From positions 13,176 to 77,175 of IMG/VR virus record IMGVR_UViG_3300021338_000004: DNA of 64,000 nt; one strand, given 5' to 3'. Positions 12,940-22,134 of the stretch are shown here, one piece after another. Source of the stretch: a virus. Made by a program: the position numbers and the translations under genes. The notes beneath the pieces were generated by a model that did no database searches, was not told the origin of the DNA, and worked only from the letters and a program-made list of their open reading frames with translations. The first letter of the stretch is position 1, and each line of letters starts with the position of its first letter.

Positions 12940-12972
12940 AGGATACGAGGAAGGCAAAAAGGCTCGCTACAA
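12940..12972 (-). promoter_or_regulatory. Putative late promoter TTGTAG-N21-TATCCT, restarting transcription after the par cassette
   Basis: A-tract, motif and -10-like hexamer upstream of the gp16-like gene. Confidence 0.45.
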
Positions 12973-13000
12973 ACTTTATTTTTTAACCGGTTTGCGTGGC

Positions 13001-13264
13001 CTATGGTGCGTTCTCATCATCTGGGCCGCATAGCGAGCTATCGGCACAGTAATAATGCCCGTCATCGCCTATGTAATACTGTGCGCCTTGCTTGTATAAG
13101 CTCGCACCACACTCTCCGCACTGCTTTTTGTTGCAGCGATCACACAGGTGCACGCTCTGCCCTCGATCGTCACAAGTGCTCCAAATATTTGCCGGTGCCT
13201 CTTCAGTGCCGCGAATCATGCAGCCGCAGCCGTCGCAGATTGCGTTGTCATCATTGTCGTACAT
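13001..13264 (-). CDS. Small Cys-rich zinc-finger-like protein
   Basis: 87 aa with CDGC, CDRC, CGEC and YYC motifs; GGAG RBS. Confidence 0.6.
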   Translation of the reverse strand: MYDNDDNAICDGCGCMIRGTEEAPANIWSTCDDRGQSVHLCDRCNKKQCGECGASLYKQGAQYYIGDDGHYYCADSSLCGPDDENAP

Positions 13265-13279
13265 GAATGCTCCAGAAAA

Positions 13280-13293
13280 TTTCCCATGGGAAA
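13280..13293. promoter_or_regulatory. Palindrome TTTCCCATGGGAAA (candidate parS); other perfect copies at 33036, 39036, 52576 and 63635, one-mismatch copies at 15041 and 30744
   Basis: Perfect 14-bp palindrome just downstream of parB and repeated across the window. Confidence 0.7.
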
Positions 13294-13324
13294 GTTATCG
13301 ATACGCACAACCAATAATTCACTG

Positions 13325-14383
13325 TCAGCGATGCTGCACGAACAGTGACCATGCCTCTTCAAAGCTTTTCGGGCGCGTATCTTCACAATAATCTGAAAAA
13401 GCCTGGATTACAGAGTCCAGAGTGTAGTGCAGAGTATCAATACCTTTCAGCTGATGCATTGGCCGCTTTCTAAGCTCTTTCGCCAGTTCGGATACCGATG
13501 GTCGATCATCGCCAGGCTCAACGCCCGGCAGTACCTGCTGATCTTCATTGAATGGCTGGCGTGCCGGTGGCGCATCATCATTACCCTCTGCGCCTTCAGT
13601 ATCACCCTTGTAATATTTGTCATCGGAAAAGAGCGACCCGCCATTGCGAAATTCTTTTACCTTCTTACGCGCTTCTGAAATTGTTTCGCGCAATGGGGTT
13701 TCCAGTGTGCCGTCTTGTGCACTCTTGGATATTTCCTGAGCTGCCGCTGGGTCTTCCTTGTGCAGTTGAATTAAATTATTCAGGGCATTAACGTCGGCTA
13801 CCCCCTTTTGACTCGCCAGCTCTTGGACTACGTCAGGGGCCCTCAGAATTGAGAGGCGTTTGGACAGCCATGCAGGTGATCGACCTAGCTGCGTGGCAAC
13901 ATCCTGCTTATTTCGCCCCAACGCCTTGAAACCTTCCACCAGCGACTGCAAAGCCTCTGCCAATTCAATAGGGGGGAGTTCTTCGCGTTGCTCATTCTCC
14001 ACAATTTGTGCGGCAAGCTTGCTTAAACGGTCTTCTGGCCTCTCTACAATCGCGCGAACGTTGCGACCGATGCTGGAGCAGGCCCGCCAACGCCGTTCCC
14101 CTTCGGAAATGATGTAGATGCCGTTAACGGGTGGGCTAACTACGATGGGCTGGCGCTGCTTATTTGCTCGAATGGATGCCGCCAGTTCGCTGATAGATTC
14201 TTCCGTGAACGTCTTTCGGGGCTGATCAGGGTCGGGCTGACAAACATCGGGGGCGAGTTCGAGAACGCGATTCTCATCTACCAGCGCCTCATTCGCGCCA
14301 GTGGAGAGCATGCCCATCAGGTTTGAGTCAGCACCGGGCGCACTTCCCAACCCGCTCAGGTTGATGCCCTTGCCCTGTTTCAT
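13325..14383 (-). CDS. parB: ParB/Spo0J partition protein
   Basis: PDPDQPRKTF, GERRWRA (CTPase arginine patch), QIVENEQR, HTH. Confidence 0.95.
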   Translation of the reverse strand: MKQGKGINLSGLGSAPGADSNLMGMLSTGANEALVDENRVLELAPDVCQPDPDQPRKTFTEESISELAASIRANKQRQPIVVSPPVNGIYIISEGERRWRACSSIGRNVRAIVERPEDRLSKLAAQIVENEQREELPPIELAEALQSLVEGFKALGRNKQDVATQLGRSPAWLSKRLSILRAPDVVQELASQKGVADVNALNNLIQLHKEDPAAAQEISKSAQDGTLETPLRETISEARKKVKEFRNGGSLFSDDKYYKGDTEGAEGNDDAPPARQPFNEDQQVLPGVEPGDDRPSVSELAKELRKRPMHQLKGIDTLHYTLDSVIQAFSDYCEDTRPKSFEEAWSLFVQHR

Positions 14384-15297
14384 ACCATGATCTCCATGAT
14401 CTCCTGCGTAAATCCTTGCACTTGTTCGGCAGCCTTCCCGCGCTTATTTAGCTCTATGACTGAGCAACCCATTCCCTGTGAGTCCTCATAGTCCATGAAG
14501 CGGGTAATCATGTTTTTCATGATTGGGATATCGAAAGCGCTACCCAGTTCCTTTGCGGCGTTGGCGCTATCTTTCTGTCGATTTTCTTGTGGGTGCTGCC
14601 GGCTAAGAAACATGAATGCATTTACCGGTGCGCCTTCGCTGCGGCGCTTTTGGATAAACTCCAACAGGTGAAAACTTCCCCATGCATCAACCGACCCCGT
14701 CCCGAACGGCACCAAAATTAATCCCGGGTTATCAGGGTTGGACGCGGCAAGGATACCGCTGATGGTGATGTCTCGCGCTACAGCAGCACCATCGATAAAC
14801 ACAAAGTCATTATCCTTTGCGAGTTTTTCAGCGATAAGATGCACATCGTTATGCGGGTGATGTATCACTTCGGGCTGAACGCTCTCTTCTCCACCAGCTC
14901 GACGCCAGCACAAAGCGGACGCCTGTGGGTCGGTATCAAGGATTACGACCGAATAGCCCAAAAGCTGTACGACACGCGCCACATTGACGCATGATGTGGT
15001 TTTACCGGCTCCGCCTTTAGGGTTCAGCCAAGCTATGATTTTTCCCATGGGTAATTTCCTGCCTTTACCTTTTTTGTAACGTGACATGTCACGCTTCATG
15101 AATTCTGGACCTTCGTAGTACATCAACGTCCGTATGTGTGCGGAAACCGTGCCGGATACAGGGTTCCCCTTTACATATCCTCTATGCGTTTCCGGGCTAA
15201 TGCCGAGGCGTTCAGACCACTGCGGGACCGTCAGCCCAAGCATTTGGCGGGCGTCTTTGTACTCTTGCGTGCTTAAAAGGGTCTTTTTTGTACTCAT
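14380..15297 (-). CDS. parA: ParA ATPase with N-terminal HTH domain
   Basis: Deviant Walker A KGGAGKTT, DTDPQAS, FVFIDG; N-terminal Xre-like HTH (ARQMLGLTVPQWSERLGIS); start uncertain (15297 or 15333; an internal ATG at 15048 is also possible). Confidence 0.9.
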   Translation of the reverse strand: MSTKKTLLSTQEYKDARQMLGLTVPQWSERLGISPETHRGYVKGNPVSGTVSAHIRTLMYYEGPEFMKRDMSRYKKGKGRKLPMGKIIAWLNPKGGAGKTTSCVNVARVVQLLGYSVVILDTDPQASALCWRRAGGEESVQPEVIHHPHNDVHLIAEKLAKDNDFVFIDGAAVARDITISGILAASNPDNPGLILVPFGTGSVDAWGSFHLLEFIQKRRSEGAPVNAFMFLSRQHPQENRQKDSANAAKELGSAFDIPIMKNMITRFMDYEDSQGMGCSVIELNKRGKAAEQVQGFTQEIMEIMV

Positions 15298-15307
15298 ACA
15301 TAGCGCC

Positions 15308-15371
15308 AAAGGGGTATATATTACCCTTTTCATTAAATCGATTTTTATAATAGGGTTATATTTACCCTTTT
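15308..15371. promoter_or_regulatory. Two imperfect inverted repeats (GGGT...ACCC-TTTT) upstream of parA; probable autoregulatory operators
   Basis: aaaggggtatatattaccctttt (15308-15330) and agggttatatttaccctttt (15352-15371). Confidence 0.6.
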
Positions 15372-15384
15372 ACAAGAAAGATAT

Positions 15385-15410
15385 AAAAAAAGGGGCTATT
15401 GCCCCTTTTG
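15385..15410 (-). terminator. Rho-independent terminator after bplA
   Basis: AAAAGGGGC-AATA-GCCCCTTTTTTT on the minus strand. Confidence 0.85.
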
Positions 15411-15433
15411 TCTTTTTGCTTGTTGCGCTTGGC

Positions 15434-16837
15434 TTAGTAGCTCAGTGACAATGCGCTCCGCGTTTCTGCCTCATTCATAAACACCATCTGTCGAAGGTTT
15501 TGTGGCTCTGCCGTACCATCAATAGAGATAGGCAACGAAGCCCCGGGCTCAAAAATATTTAGGGCCATCAGTATTCCATACACATCCTGAATCAAGATGG
15601 CGCTTTTGTGCTGTTTGTCACGACTATCCTTTCCATAGTGACGCCCCAAGGCGTCCATAATCTTTTCTGTAGCATCGCTGATCCCAATGTCACGCCTGAG
15701 CTTGCCGTTAATAGCGATTGTGCACGGCTGCTCATCTGGGGGAAGCCAAGCGAACTTGGTGTTCACATCCTTTACGCCCGTTCGAAGCGTCCCCAGAACA
15801 GTAGCGTCCAAGCCTTCCATACCCGGCGCATACGCCGACACAAAGATCGTGTTGATATTCTTTGCATCAACCACGCCGGTCATCTGTTCCTGCTCTTGCT
15901 CACCCCAAACCGCCAGCCAAAGAATTGCGGGATGCTTTCGACGGATAAAAAATTTAAAATCCCTTTCCCATACCTGGTCTTCGTCATACAGAAAATAGTA
16001 AAGCGCATTGCGGCGCAGCGTCTCCGTATCTTCAACGGGTTGCCCTCCGGTGATGCTGGTGGCGGTTTCCAGCTCCAGCCCTTCGGCTGACTGATCCAGT
16101 ATTGCGAGCGGCTGGTTAGGCAGCAGCGTCGTATCCCCGTCTGTCAGGCTAAGCTCAACTTTTACCTGGGAGTGAAGCGCCGGGATCTTGCCGTAAATAC
16201 CGTTACCAAAACGGATACCAAGCTGATCGGTAAATCGGTAGTGCTCGTCATACACCCGGCTTTCTTCGTTGGTGTTCACAAAGCGCCGTGCCGCCGTCCA
16301 TTCAGACATCTCCCCCTGCTCACCATCGCTGACAAAGACGCGCATTTCAGATACTGAGGCGCTGTACTCCTGCTCCAAAAGGAATTCAAGGAATGGCTTG
16401 GTCTCAGTTACCGTAAATGTCACGGTTTTCTTGCTGATCTGGACCAGATCAACCACTACCGTTTCGCCTGGTGGCACCGTAACGCTGTCGATCGGCATAT
16501 AGATACGCTGATCGTCTGAAATAAGCGGCGTCCAAGACAGCAGCGACCGCACGACGCCAGATGCATTCCGCACCCTGAGCTTGCCTGTAGCCGGTGTGGC
16601 TTTGCGCTGGATATACAGTCGATCTTCAGCACCTGCCAGGATAGACGATCGATCCAACGCCGTAGACATGCGGGATTCTTGCCGTTCCCGCTCTACGTTC
16701 TGCAGCAATGCCTCAGTGTTAAGGTTTAAGAAGCGATTTACGCCATCCAAAAACTGCGACCCGACCAAGTCGCGCAGCTCTGGATCCGCTCCAGCGATCT
16801 CATTAAACAGGCGATAGCCTTGTAGCTTATGGTTCAT
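15434..16837 (-). CDS. bplA: Baseplate wedge protein (P1 BplA / baseplate J-like)
   Basis: STALDRSSILAGAEDRLY, IRFGNGIYGKIP and WGEQEQE motifs; synteny. Confidence 0.85.
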   Translation of the reverse strand: MNHKLQGYRLFNEIAGADPELRDLVGSQFLDGVNRFLNLNTEALLQNVERERQESRMSTALDRSSILAGAEDRLYIQRKATPATGKLRVRNASGVVRSLLSWTPLISDDQRIYMPIDSVTVPPGETVVVDLVQISKKTVTFTVTETKPFLEFLLEQEYSASVSEMRVFVSDGEQGEMSEWTAARRFVNTNEESRVYDEHYRFTDQLGIRFGNGIYGKIPALHSQVKVELSLTDGDTTLLPNQPLAILDQSAEGLELETATSITGGQPVEDTETLRRNALYYFLYDEDQVWERDFKFFIRRKHPAILWLAVWGEQEQEQMTGVVDAKNINTIFVSAYAPGMEGLDATVLGTLRTGVKDVNTKFAWLPPDEQPCTIAINGKLRRDIGISDATEKIMDALGRHYGKDSRDKQHKSAILIQDVYGILMALNIFEPGASLPISIDGTAEPQNLRQMVFMNEAETRSALSLSY

Positions 16838-16857
16838 GCAAAATCTCTCCTGATTCG

Positions 16858-17208
16858 CTACGCCGCCAACCGGTAGTTGTCGTTACGGTATGTGCCGTAG
16901 TTATGGTGCAAAACGATCTTCCAGCGATCGAACTCAACGACCTCGATGCGTATGCTATAAATCTGCACCCCTACGACATCCTGGGTTAGTTTTTCTACGA
17001 TCGACATTTCGAGCATCACGGCCACATCTTCACTGTTATCAGGCTCGAATCGAAATGCGCCCAGGTTGTGCCCCCATGCAGGATAATCAGCAATAGACCC
17101 TTGAGGCGTATCAAACCACTCAGTGATGTTGTTGTTTTGGGCAGCGCCGTCGATATGGCTTTGAACACCACCCGCGGAAAGGGTGATCAGGTAATCAAGT
17201 TCCTTCAT
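16858..17208 (-). CDS. pmgA: Baseplate protein PmgA (gp25/GPW-like)
   Basis: EWFDTPQGSIADYPAWGHNL; lies between the tape measure gene and bplA. Confidence 0.75.
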   Translation of the reverse strand: MKELDYLITLSAGGVQSHIDGAAQNNNITEWFDTPQGSIADYPAWGHNLGAFRFEPDNSEDVAVMLEMSIVEKLTQDVVGVQIYSIRIEVVEFDRWKIVLHHNYGTYRNDNYRLAA

Positions 17209-19316
17209 TAGCGTACATCCCGACTCATGAGCTCCAGGTTCATATCACTGAAGTGCATAGATGGAGAGCTGGCTCCGGTATTTTGTGGCGTGGGTGCAGC
17301 CGCTCGCGGTGCGGCCCTATAGTGACGGACACCGCCACCAGATCCCGCCGTTTGAACGATCAGGGGCGACCGCCTCAATTCGGCGGCTATGGCTACGCCA
17401 ATCTTTTTGGCATCAATCGGTTCCTGCTTGGCAACCACGACCCGCTCGATTGAATGGGATTCAATGCTTTCGGTATTAGGCATGAGATCGGGCAAGACAT
17501 TAATAGATGCTTCGCCGCTGGCAGCTGCTGCAGCACCGGTCGCAGATTGCATGGTGTATGTTTTCCCTGGCGCAATCGTGGCGCGCCTGGCTGCTTTCTT
17601 TCGCTCATCGGCCAGTGCATGCACCTCTGCCACCTCGCGGCGATCTGCTTTTTCCTGATAGCGTTCGGCATCTGATTTTGGTGATACGGCGGGATCTGGT
17701 GGCGCTGAAGTCTGTTTTTCATCAGATCCTAACCAGCCGCTGAGTGCTTCACCCAGGGTCTCTCCCAGCTTCTCCCCACCGAAGGCACCAAGGGCACCAC
17801 CAATGATTGTCCCTATGACTGGCATAACAGCGGTGCCGACTGCCGCCCCAGCTAGTGCACCCCCCAGTGCGCCGCCGCCCGTGCTGGCTACCTGTGCGGC
17901 CTTCTGTGTGCCGCTGAGGCTGTCATCATCCTTGACCTCCATAAACTTGCTCGCCCCGGCCACAATTGCCGTGAGCGGCGCAGCAGCACGCGCCAACGCG
18001 CCTTTGGCGACAGCACCGATACTGCTTTTCCCTGCTCCGCTTGCGGTAGCCGCGGCAGTTGTCGTTGCTGCAACCTTGCCTGCAGGTTTTACTGCATCGA
18101 CTACACCGGCCTTTCGTCGGAATAAATCACGCAGTCGACGGCGCTTCCCGCGGCGGCGCTCCGGGACATCTACATCCCCACCATCAGCACCACCCAGCAG
18201 ATCTCCCAGGCCGGCACCTCCTGCTAACGTGTCCAGAAGGCCTTTCTGCTCCGGCTTGTAGCCGTTGTCCTCTATCGCGTCGATGACTTCTTTATGCTGA
18301 GTGGAACGGACTTCTACCTGATCTTCCTGGAGATCAGCTGTCCGCTGGTGGGTTTCCAGTATCTCCGTCTGGATATGACCGGTCTGCTTCTCATCGTTTC
18401 CGGGCGATGAAAAGAGCCGCTTTAGACGCCCGAACAGGCCGCCCTTGCCGTTTTTCTCTCGCGCCCGCTGTGCACGCTCCTCTTTACTGAGAAAACGCCC
18501 GGTTTCTGGATCCCGCGTTGCGTCAGTAACCGGCTGCGCATCGTCATCCGCGTTACCAAAAACAAGATGGCCAAGCTTAGAATCGGCCACCTCTTCGCCG
18601 GCTTCTTTGATCTCTTTTACGGCCTCCCAGATGCCGCCACCCACAACAGCGGATCCGGCAGCGTCAGAGGCATCAGCGCCCGCCAAATCGTCCGCCTTAT
18701 CCCGTTCAGTGAAGCCCTTGATGCCTTCAAACACACCCGACAACTTGCCTAAAAAGCCTCTCTGCTCTTCTTTTTGGCGGCGATCGGCTAACGCCTCTTC
18801 AGACTGTGAGCGACCTTCAGTGCTGGGAATGGGATCAGCCGAAGGAGCTGGTGATGCAGGAACGGACTGGGCAGCTGGATCCGCTTGCGTGGATTGATCG
18901 TCTACCTTTTTAGGCCTGGCTACCTGGCTGCCGACCTCTTCTGCCGGCTTGCCGGCTTCAGTAAGGGGGCGGGATGCCTGCCCTGAAAGGGGTTTCCTAT
19001 GGCTGCGAGCATCACTTACCGCCTCATTTGGTGGGACAACATGGACAGCATCACGTACAGATACACTGACATCTACTGCAACGGGATCCGGGCTGGTGCG
19101 CTCAGATATCGACGGCTGCTTTACTGCCGGCTGTGCGCCTGCCTCTCCCTTACCCCACCAACGATGACCCACCAGATCCGGCAGTACCGACGTGTTTTTG
19201 TCGATCTGCTCCAGGAGCTCAAGCGCCTGATCAGATTCTGTTGTACCGGTTAGCTCCTGGTTGGCGCTCTGCATGGGCGACCAGTCATCAATGGTGACCT
19301 GTCGTTCGTCAGTCAT
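17208..19316 (-). CDS. Tail tape measure protein (in the position of P1 sit)
   Basis: 702 aa, Ala/Gly-rich with glycine-zipper GGALGGALAGAAVG; downstream of the chaperone gene. Confidence 0.75.
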   Translation of the reverse strand: MTDERQVTIDDWSPMQSANQELTGTTESDQALELLEQIDKNTSVLPDLVGHRWWGKGEAGAQPAVKQPSISERTSPDPVAVDVSVSVRDAVHVVPPNEAVSDARSHRKPLSGQASRPLTEAGKPAEEVGSQVARPKKVDDQSTQADPAAQSVPASPAPSADPIPSTEGRSQSEEALADRRQKEEQRGFLGKLSGVFEGIKGFTERDKADDLAGADASDAAGSAVVGGGIWEAVKEIKEAGEEVADSKLGHLVFGNADDDAQPVTDATRDPETGRFLSKEERAQRAREKNGKGGLFGRLKRLFSSPGNDEKQTGHIQTEILETHQRTADLQEDQVEVRSTQHKEVIDAIEDNGYKPEQKGLLDTLAGGAGLGDLLGGADGGDVDVPERRRGKRRRLRDLFRRKAGVVDAVKPAGKVAATTTAAATASGAGKSSIGAVAKGALARAAAPLTAIVAGASKFMEVKDDDSLSGTQKAAQVASTGGGALGGALAGAAVGTAVMPVIGTIIGGALGAFGGEKLGETLGEALSGWLGSDEKQTSAPPDPAVSPKSDAERYQEKADRREVAEVHALADERKKAARRATIAPGKTYTMQSATGAAAAASGEASINVLPDLMPNTESIESHSIERVVVAKQEPIDAKKIGVAIAAELRRSPLIVQTAGSGGGVRHYRAAPRAAAPTPQNTGASSPSMHFSDMNLELMSRDVR

Positions 19317-19328
19317 AGGCTACCTGCA

Positions 19329-19499
19329 TTACTTGGTTTTCTTTGAAAGCGCCCGATTGAGGCTAAGAACGTAGCTGCGCGGGCTGGATAGCACGCTGTC
19401 CAGCGGCTGCCGTCCACGCTCTGTCAGACATAGGTTGCTGATTACGATATCCCAATCGCGCTTACTAAATCCGCGGAATAAACTCGACACACCGAAAGG
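19329..19499 (-). CDS. Putative +1 frameshift extension of the tail assembly chaperone (GT-like C-terminus)
   Basis: Overlapping +1-frame ORF ending 12 nt before the tape measure ATG. Confidence 0.55.
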   Translation of the reverse strand, partial: PFGVSSLFRGFSKRDWDIVISNLCLTERGRQPLDSVLSSPRSYVLSLNRALSKKTK

Positions 19500-20247
19500 G
19501 AAGGTGCAGCCGTGTTGACGCATCCCCCTTCCCGCTAGGGCAGATATGTGGCGGGCTTTTCAGGGAAAACTTGCCATTATTCAGAGCCAGCGGGACACCA
19601 TGCATCATCTCTGACTCACAGCTATCAACCAGCGCTTTAAGTTTTTTAAACTGGCTCTCCGGCATGCCCATAACCCACTCGGTGCGATCGCTTTCTTCAC
19701 GCTTGGCATCCGCTGCTTGGGCGTTGGGCAATATCAGGCGAAAGATCACCTCATGTACCCGTATTTTGGCATTCTCCGCGCGATACTCGGGGCTATCCTC
19801 TGCATACTCATCACGTTTAAGCCTCATGAGCTGCAGTGCTTCGGCATCTTCCCCGTTCAAACAGTGGATCTGGATCGTTTTGCCGTTAAATTCCCGTTCG
19901 CGGTACGACGCGCCTTGAATTGACCGGTATTCGGCTGCGATATCACGCATATCAAATGTGTGGTGATGCTCTTTTTGGCAGTGAGGACACTGATACGGCA
20001 CGCTGGCATACGTATCGGCCTGTGTATGCATGGCATACCAAAATACTGCCGTATAGCGATCCGCGACCGTCCAAGTTGATGCATCAGAGTAGTACTCTGG
20101 TAACTGAATCGTGTTGAGAAAGGCCGTAATTAGCGTTTCTTCATGCTCTGGCATCACTTCGCTAAAGCCGATGCATTGCGCGACACTGACCTCCTGCAGG
20201 TGGAGTTTTTTGTCGGGCTGGCTGGGTTGCTGAAGAACCGGAATCAT
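19465..20247 (-). CDS. pmgB: PmgB-like tail assembly chaperone / baseplate hub assembly protein
   Basis: Likely ATG 20247 (MIPVLQQPSQP) with ATGA overlap; WTVADR and CPHC motifs; upstream of the tape measure gene. Confidence 0.7.
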   Translation of the reverse strand: MIPVLQQPSQPDKKLHLQEVSVAQCIGFSEVMPEHEETLITAFLNTIQLPEYYSDASTWTVADRYTAVFWYAMHTQADTYASVPYQCPHCQKEHHHTFDMRDIAAEYRSIQGASYREREFNGKTIQIHCLNGEDAEALQLMRLKRDEYAEDSPEYRAENAKIRVHEVIFRLILPNAQAADAKREESDRTEWVMGMPESQFKKLKALVDSCESEMMHGVPLALNNGKFSLKSPPHICPSGKGDASTRLHLPFRCVEFIPRI

Positions 20248-20447
20248 GATGATGGCCACCCTTGACGGAAGGTGGCGACCGCCAGCACGAAAAAGGCAGC
20301 GCTCATGCATGTCATCGCGTCATCCACACTGCCTCCCAGGAGGCGCACAGTGGCCCATACAAGAAACAGCACAGCAACACATACAAATCCCCAGAAAAAG
20401 GATATAAGCCACCAGATAAACGTGCCTAAGCGCCTGAGCATTGGCAT
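20244..20447 (-). CDS. Small membrane protein (2 predicted TM segments)
   Basis: 67 aa, hydrophobic; stop overlaps the pmgB ATG. Confidence 0.55.
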   Translation of the reverse strand: MPMLRRLGTFIWWLISFFWGFVCVAVLFLVWATVRLLGGSVDDAMTCMSAAFFVLAVATFRQGWPSS

Positions 20448-20483
20448 GGAAGAGTTCTCACATTGAAGTCATTATCGTGTGAG

Positions 20484-20515
20484 AGTGTATGCAGCCGGAC
20501 AGAGCCCGGCAGCAA
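20484..20515 (-). promoter_or_regulatory. Putative late promoter TTGCTG-N20-TACACT
   Basis: A-tract, motif, exact 20-nt spacer. Confidence 0.6.
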
Positions 20516-20524
20516 CACATTTTT

Positions 20525-21040
20525 TTAGGAACGGAATTGAATGAAGGTAACAGGGAATTCTAAGAACCCCTGCTCTGAACGACTTTCGCTGATATCGCCC
20601 ATTTGAGTGATGAAGACGCCCCATTCCCGGGGGGACTCCTCTCTGAAGCTGCCTTCGCTTGGCGCCAGTTCGCGCAGCTGGTGGCGCGACCATTTGCGCA
20701 CATAACCTTTTTCCGGGTGCAGTGGCGGATTAATGGTCCCGTCCGGGTTGATTACCTTACCTGCCCACGCGGATGCCCAGTTATAGATGCGCTGATCAGC
20801 GTGGTCCCGCATCGTCATGGAGATTGCAACCGGCTCTGCACTAACAGGGAACTGCAGCGCCTGGATCCCCGCTTTCAAGGCGTCGGTCGTGATTTCGATC
20901 GGCCCGTAGGACACGTCTTTCACGAACAGGTCAAAATCTGCGGGCTCTTCTTCGATTTCTATCCGGTATGCCCAGCTGCGCTGAAACTCAGTGTTAACAG
21001 CTTTTCGCATCGCCAGGCGCTGCAGATTAAAATCACCCAT
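20525..21040 (-). CDS. tub: Tail tube-like protein (P1 Tub)
   Basis: DLFVKDVSYG, GKVINPDGT and EFPVTF motifs; synteny. Confidence 0.7.
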   Translation of the reverse strand: MGDFNLQRLAMRKAVNTEFQRSWAYRIEIEEEPADFDLFVKDVSYGPIEITTDALKAGIQALQFPVSAEPVAISMTMRDHADQRIYNWASAWAGKVINPDGTINPPLHPEKGYVRKWSRHQLRELAPSEGSFREESPREWGVFITQMGDISESRSEQGFLEFPVTFIQFRS

Positions 21041-21082
21041 GCTTACACCCTCTCAAGGCGAGTTGCCGTTACGGTAACGGCT

Positions 21083-21634
21083 TTAAAACACCATCATGGG
21101 CATGAATACCCGCTGATTTTCCATCTCTTCCTCCAGTTCACGTAAGCGCGCCTCCAGTGAGGCCGTGTCCTTAAGGTGATCGACGGGCAATTGACTCGCC
21201 AGACTGGTATGGCGGATCCGCTCGGTGTTCGGAATGGCAATCAATGCTTCCAGGTAGTTACCAATCAAACGAACAGCGTTGTTCGGTAACTCGCCACTGG
21301 CTTTATCGATGCCAGCCAGGTTGACCAGATAGTTCACCGTGAATGGCGCCAAGCTTAGCCGATCTGTCCTTACCTTGAGCTTGCCTTCGACGTTTAAAAC
21401 CTCTAAGGAATCGCCGCCATCCTCTTCGGCGGACATCAGTTCAAGCCAGTCGGCAGGCCAGTCGATGCCGTCTTTATTGTCCTGAGCTGTTAGCGTGATG
21501 GTTTTAATGCAGCCGGCTTTGTCCTGATACGTCTGTAACGCCAGATCCAGCAGCGCATCAAGCTTGGGCGGCTCATCATGCAATAGCGTGATAAACCGCC
21601 CTTTTACGCTCTCCAGTAATGCGTGCGGTGTCAT
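21083..21634 (-). CDS. pmgC: PmgC-like head-tail connector protein
   Basis: MTPHALLESVKGRF and LEALIAIPNTER motifs; synteny. Confidence 0.7.
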   Translation of the reverse strand: MTPHALLESVKGRFITLLHDEPPKLDALLDLALQTYQDKAGCIKTITLTAQDNKDGIDWPADWLELMSAEEDGGDSLEVLNVEGKLKVRTDRLSLAPFTVNYLVNLAGIDKASGELPNNAVRLIGNYLEALIAIPNTERIRHTSLASQLPVDHLKDTASLEARLRELEEEMENQRVFMPMMVF

Positions 21635-22122
21635 TTAAGCCACTCAAACCAGTTGTGGTGAATCTGCAGCGGGATGCGCAGGGCTGTGGTCTGGCCTTCC
21701 ACATCCAAATCCCCCGGTTCGGCTTGCACCGTGCACATCTGAAGCTCCCAGCCATCACCTTTCTGGCCTTCACCCACCAGCTCGACCTTAACGTTGATGT
21801 ATTGGCGATCTTCAACAATGCTGCGAATGGCTTTCAGCGCACGTCCGCTTTTTACTTCAACGATGTTGGCTGAAATATCGCCGTCGCGTTTCAGGTTGCC
21901 GTACTGCTGGAAGGCCATACCAAATGGCCCAAAGTCTTCTACGTTATCGCCGCGACTGATGGCGGGAGTCTGCGCAGTACGAATCAGAACCCACAGATCC
22001 TCATAACCTTCAAACGTAACCTTGAAGTCGCTTTGAACCGCGCGCTCCCCCAGTGCCACGTTGGCGGTATGCGCTTGCTTCAGCAGATTGATATCCGCCT
22101 TTACGCCTGGGATGCTAGGCAT
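21631..22122 (-). CDS. bplB: BplB-like tail tube protein
   Basis: LIRTAQTPAISRGDNVEDFGPFG...QQYG; synteny. Confidence 0.7.
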   Translation of the reverse strand: MPSIPGVKADINLLKQAHTANVALGERAVQSDFKVTFEGYEDLWVLIRTAQTPAISRGDNVEDFGPFGMAFQQYGNLKRDGDISANIVEVKSGRALKAIRSIVEDRQYINVKVELVGEGQKGDGWELQMCTVQAEPGDLDVEGQTTALRIPLQIHHNWFEWLK

Positions 22123-22134
22123 GATTAATCTCCC

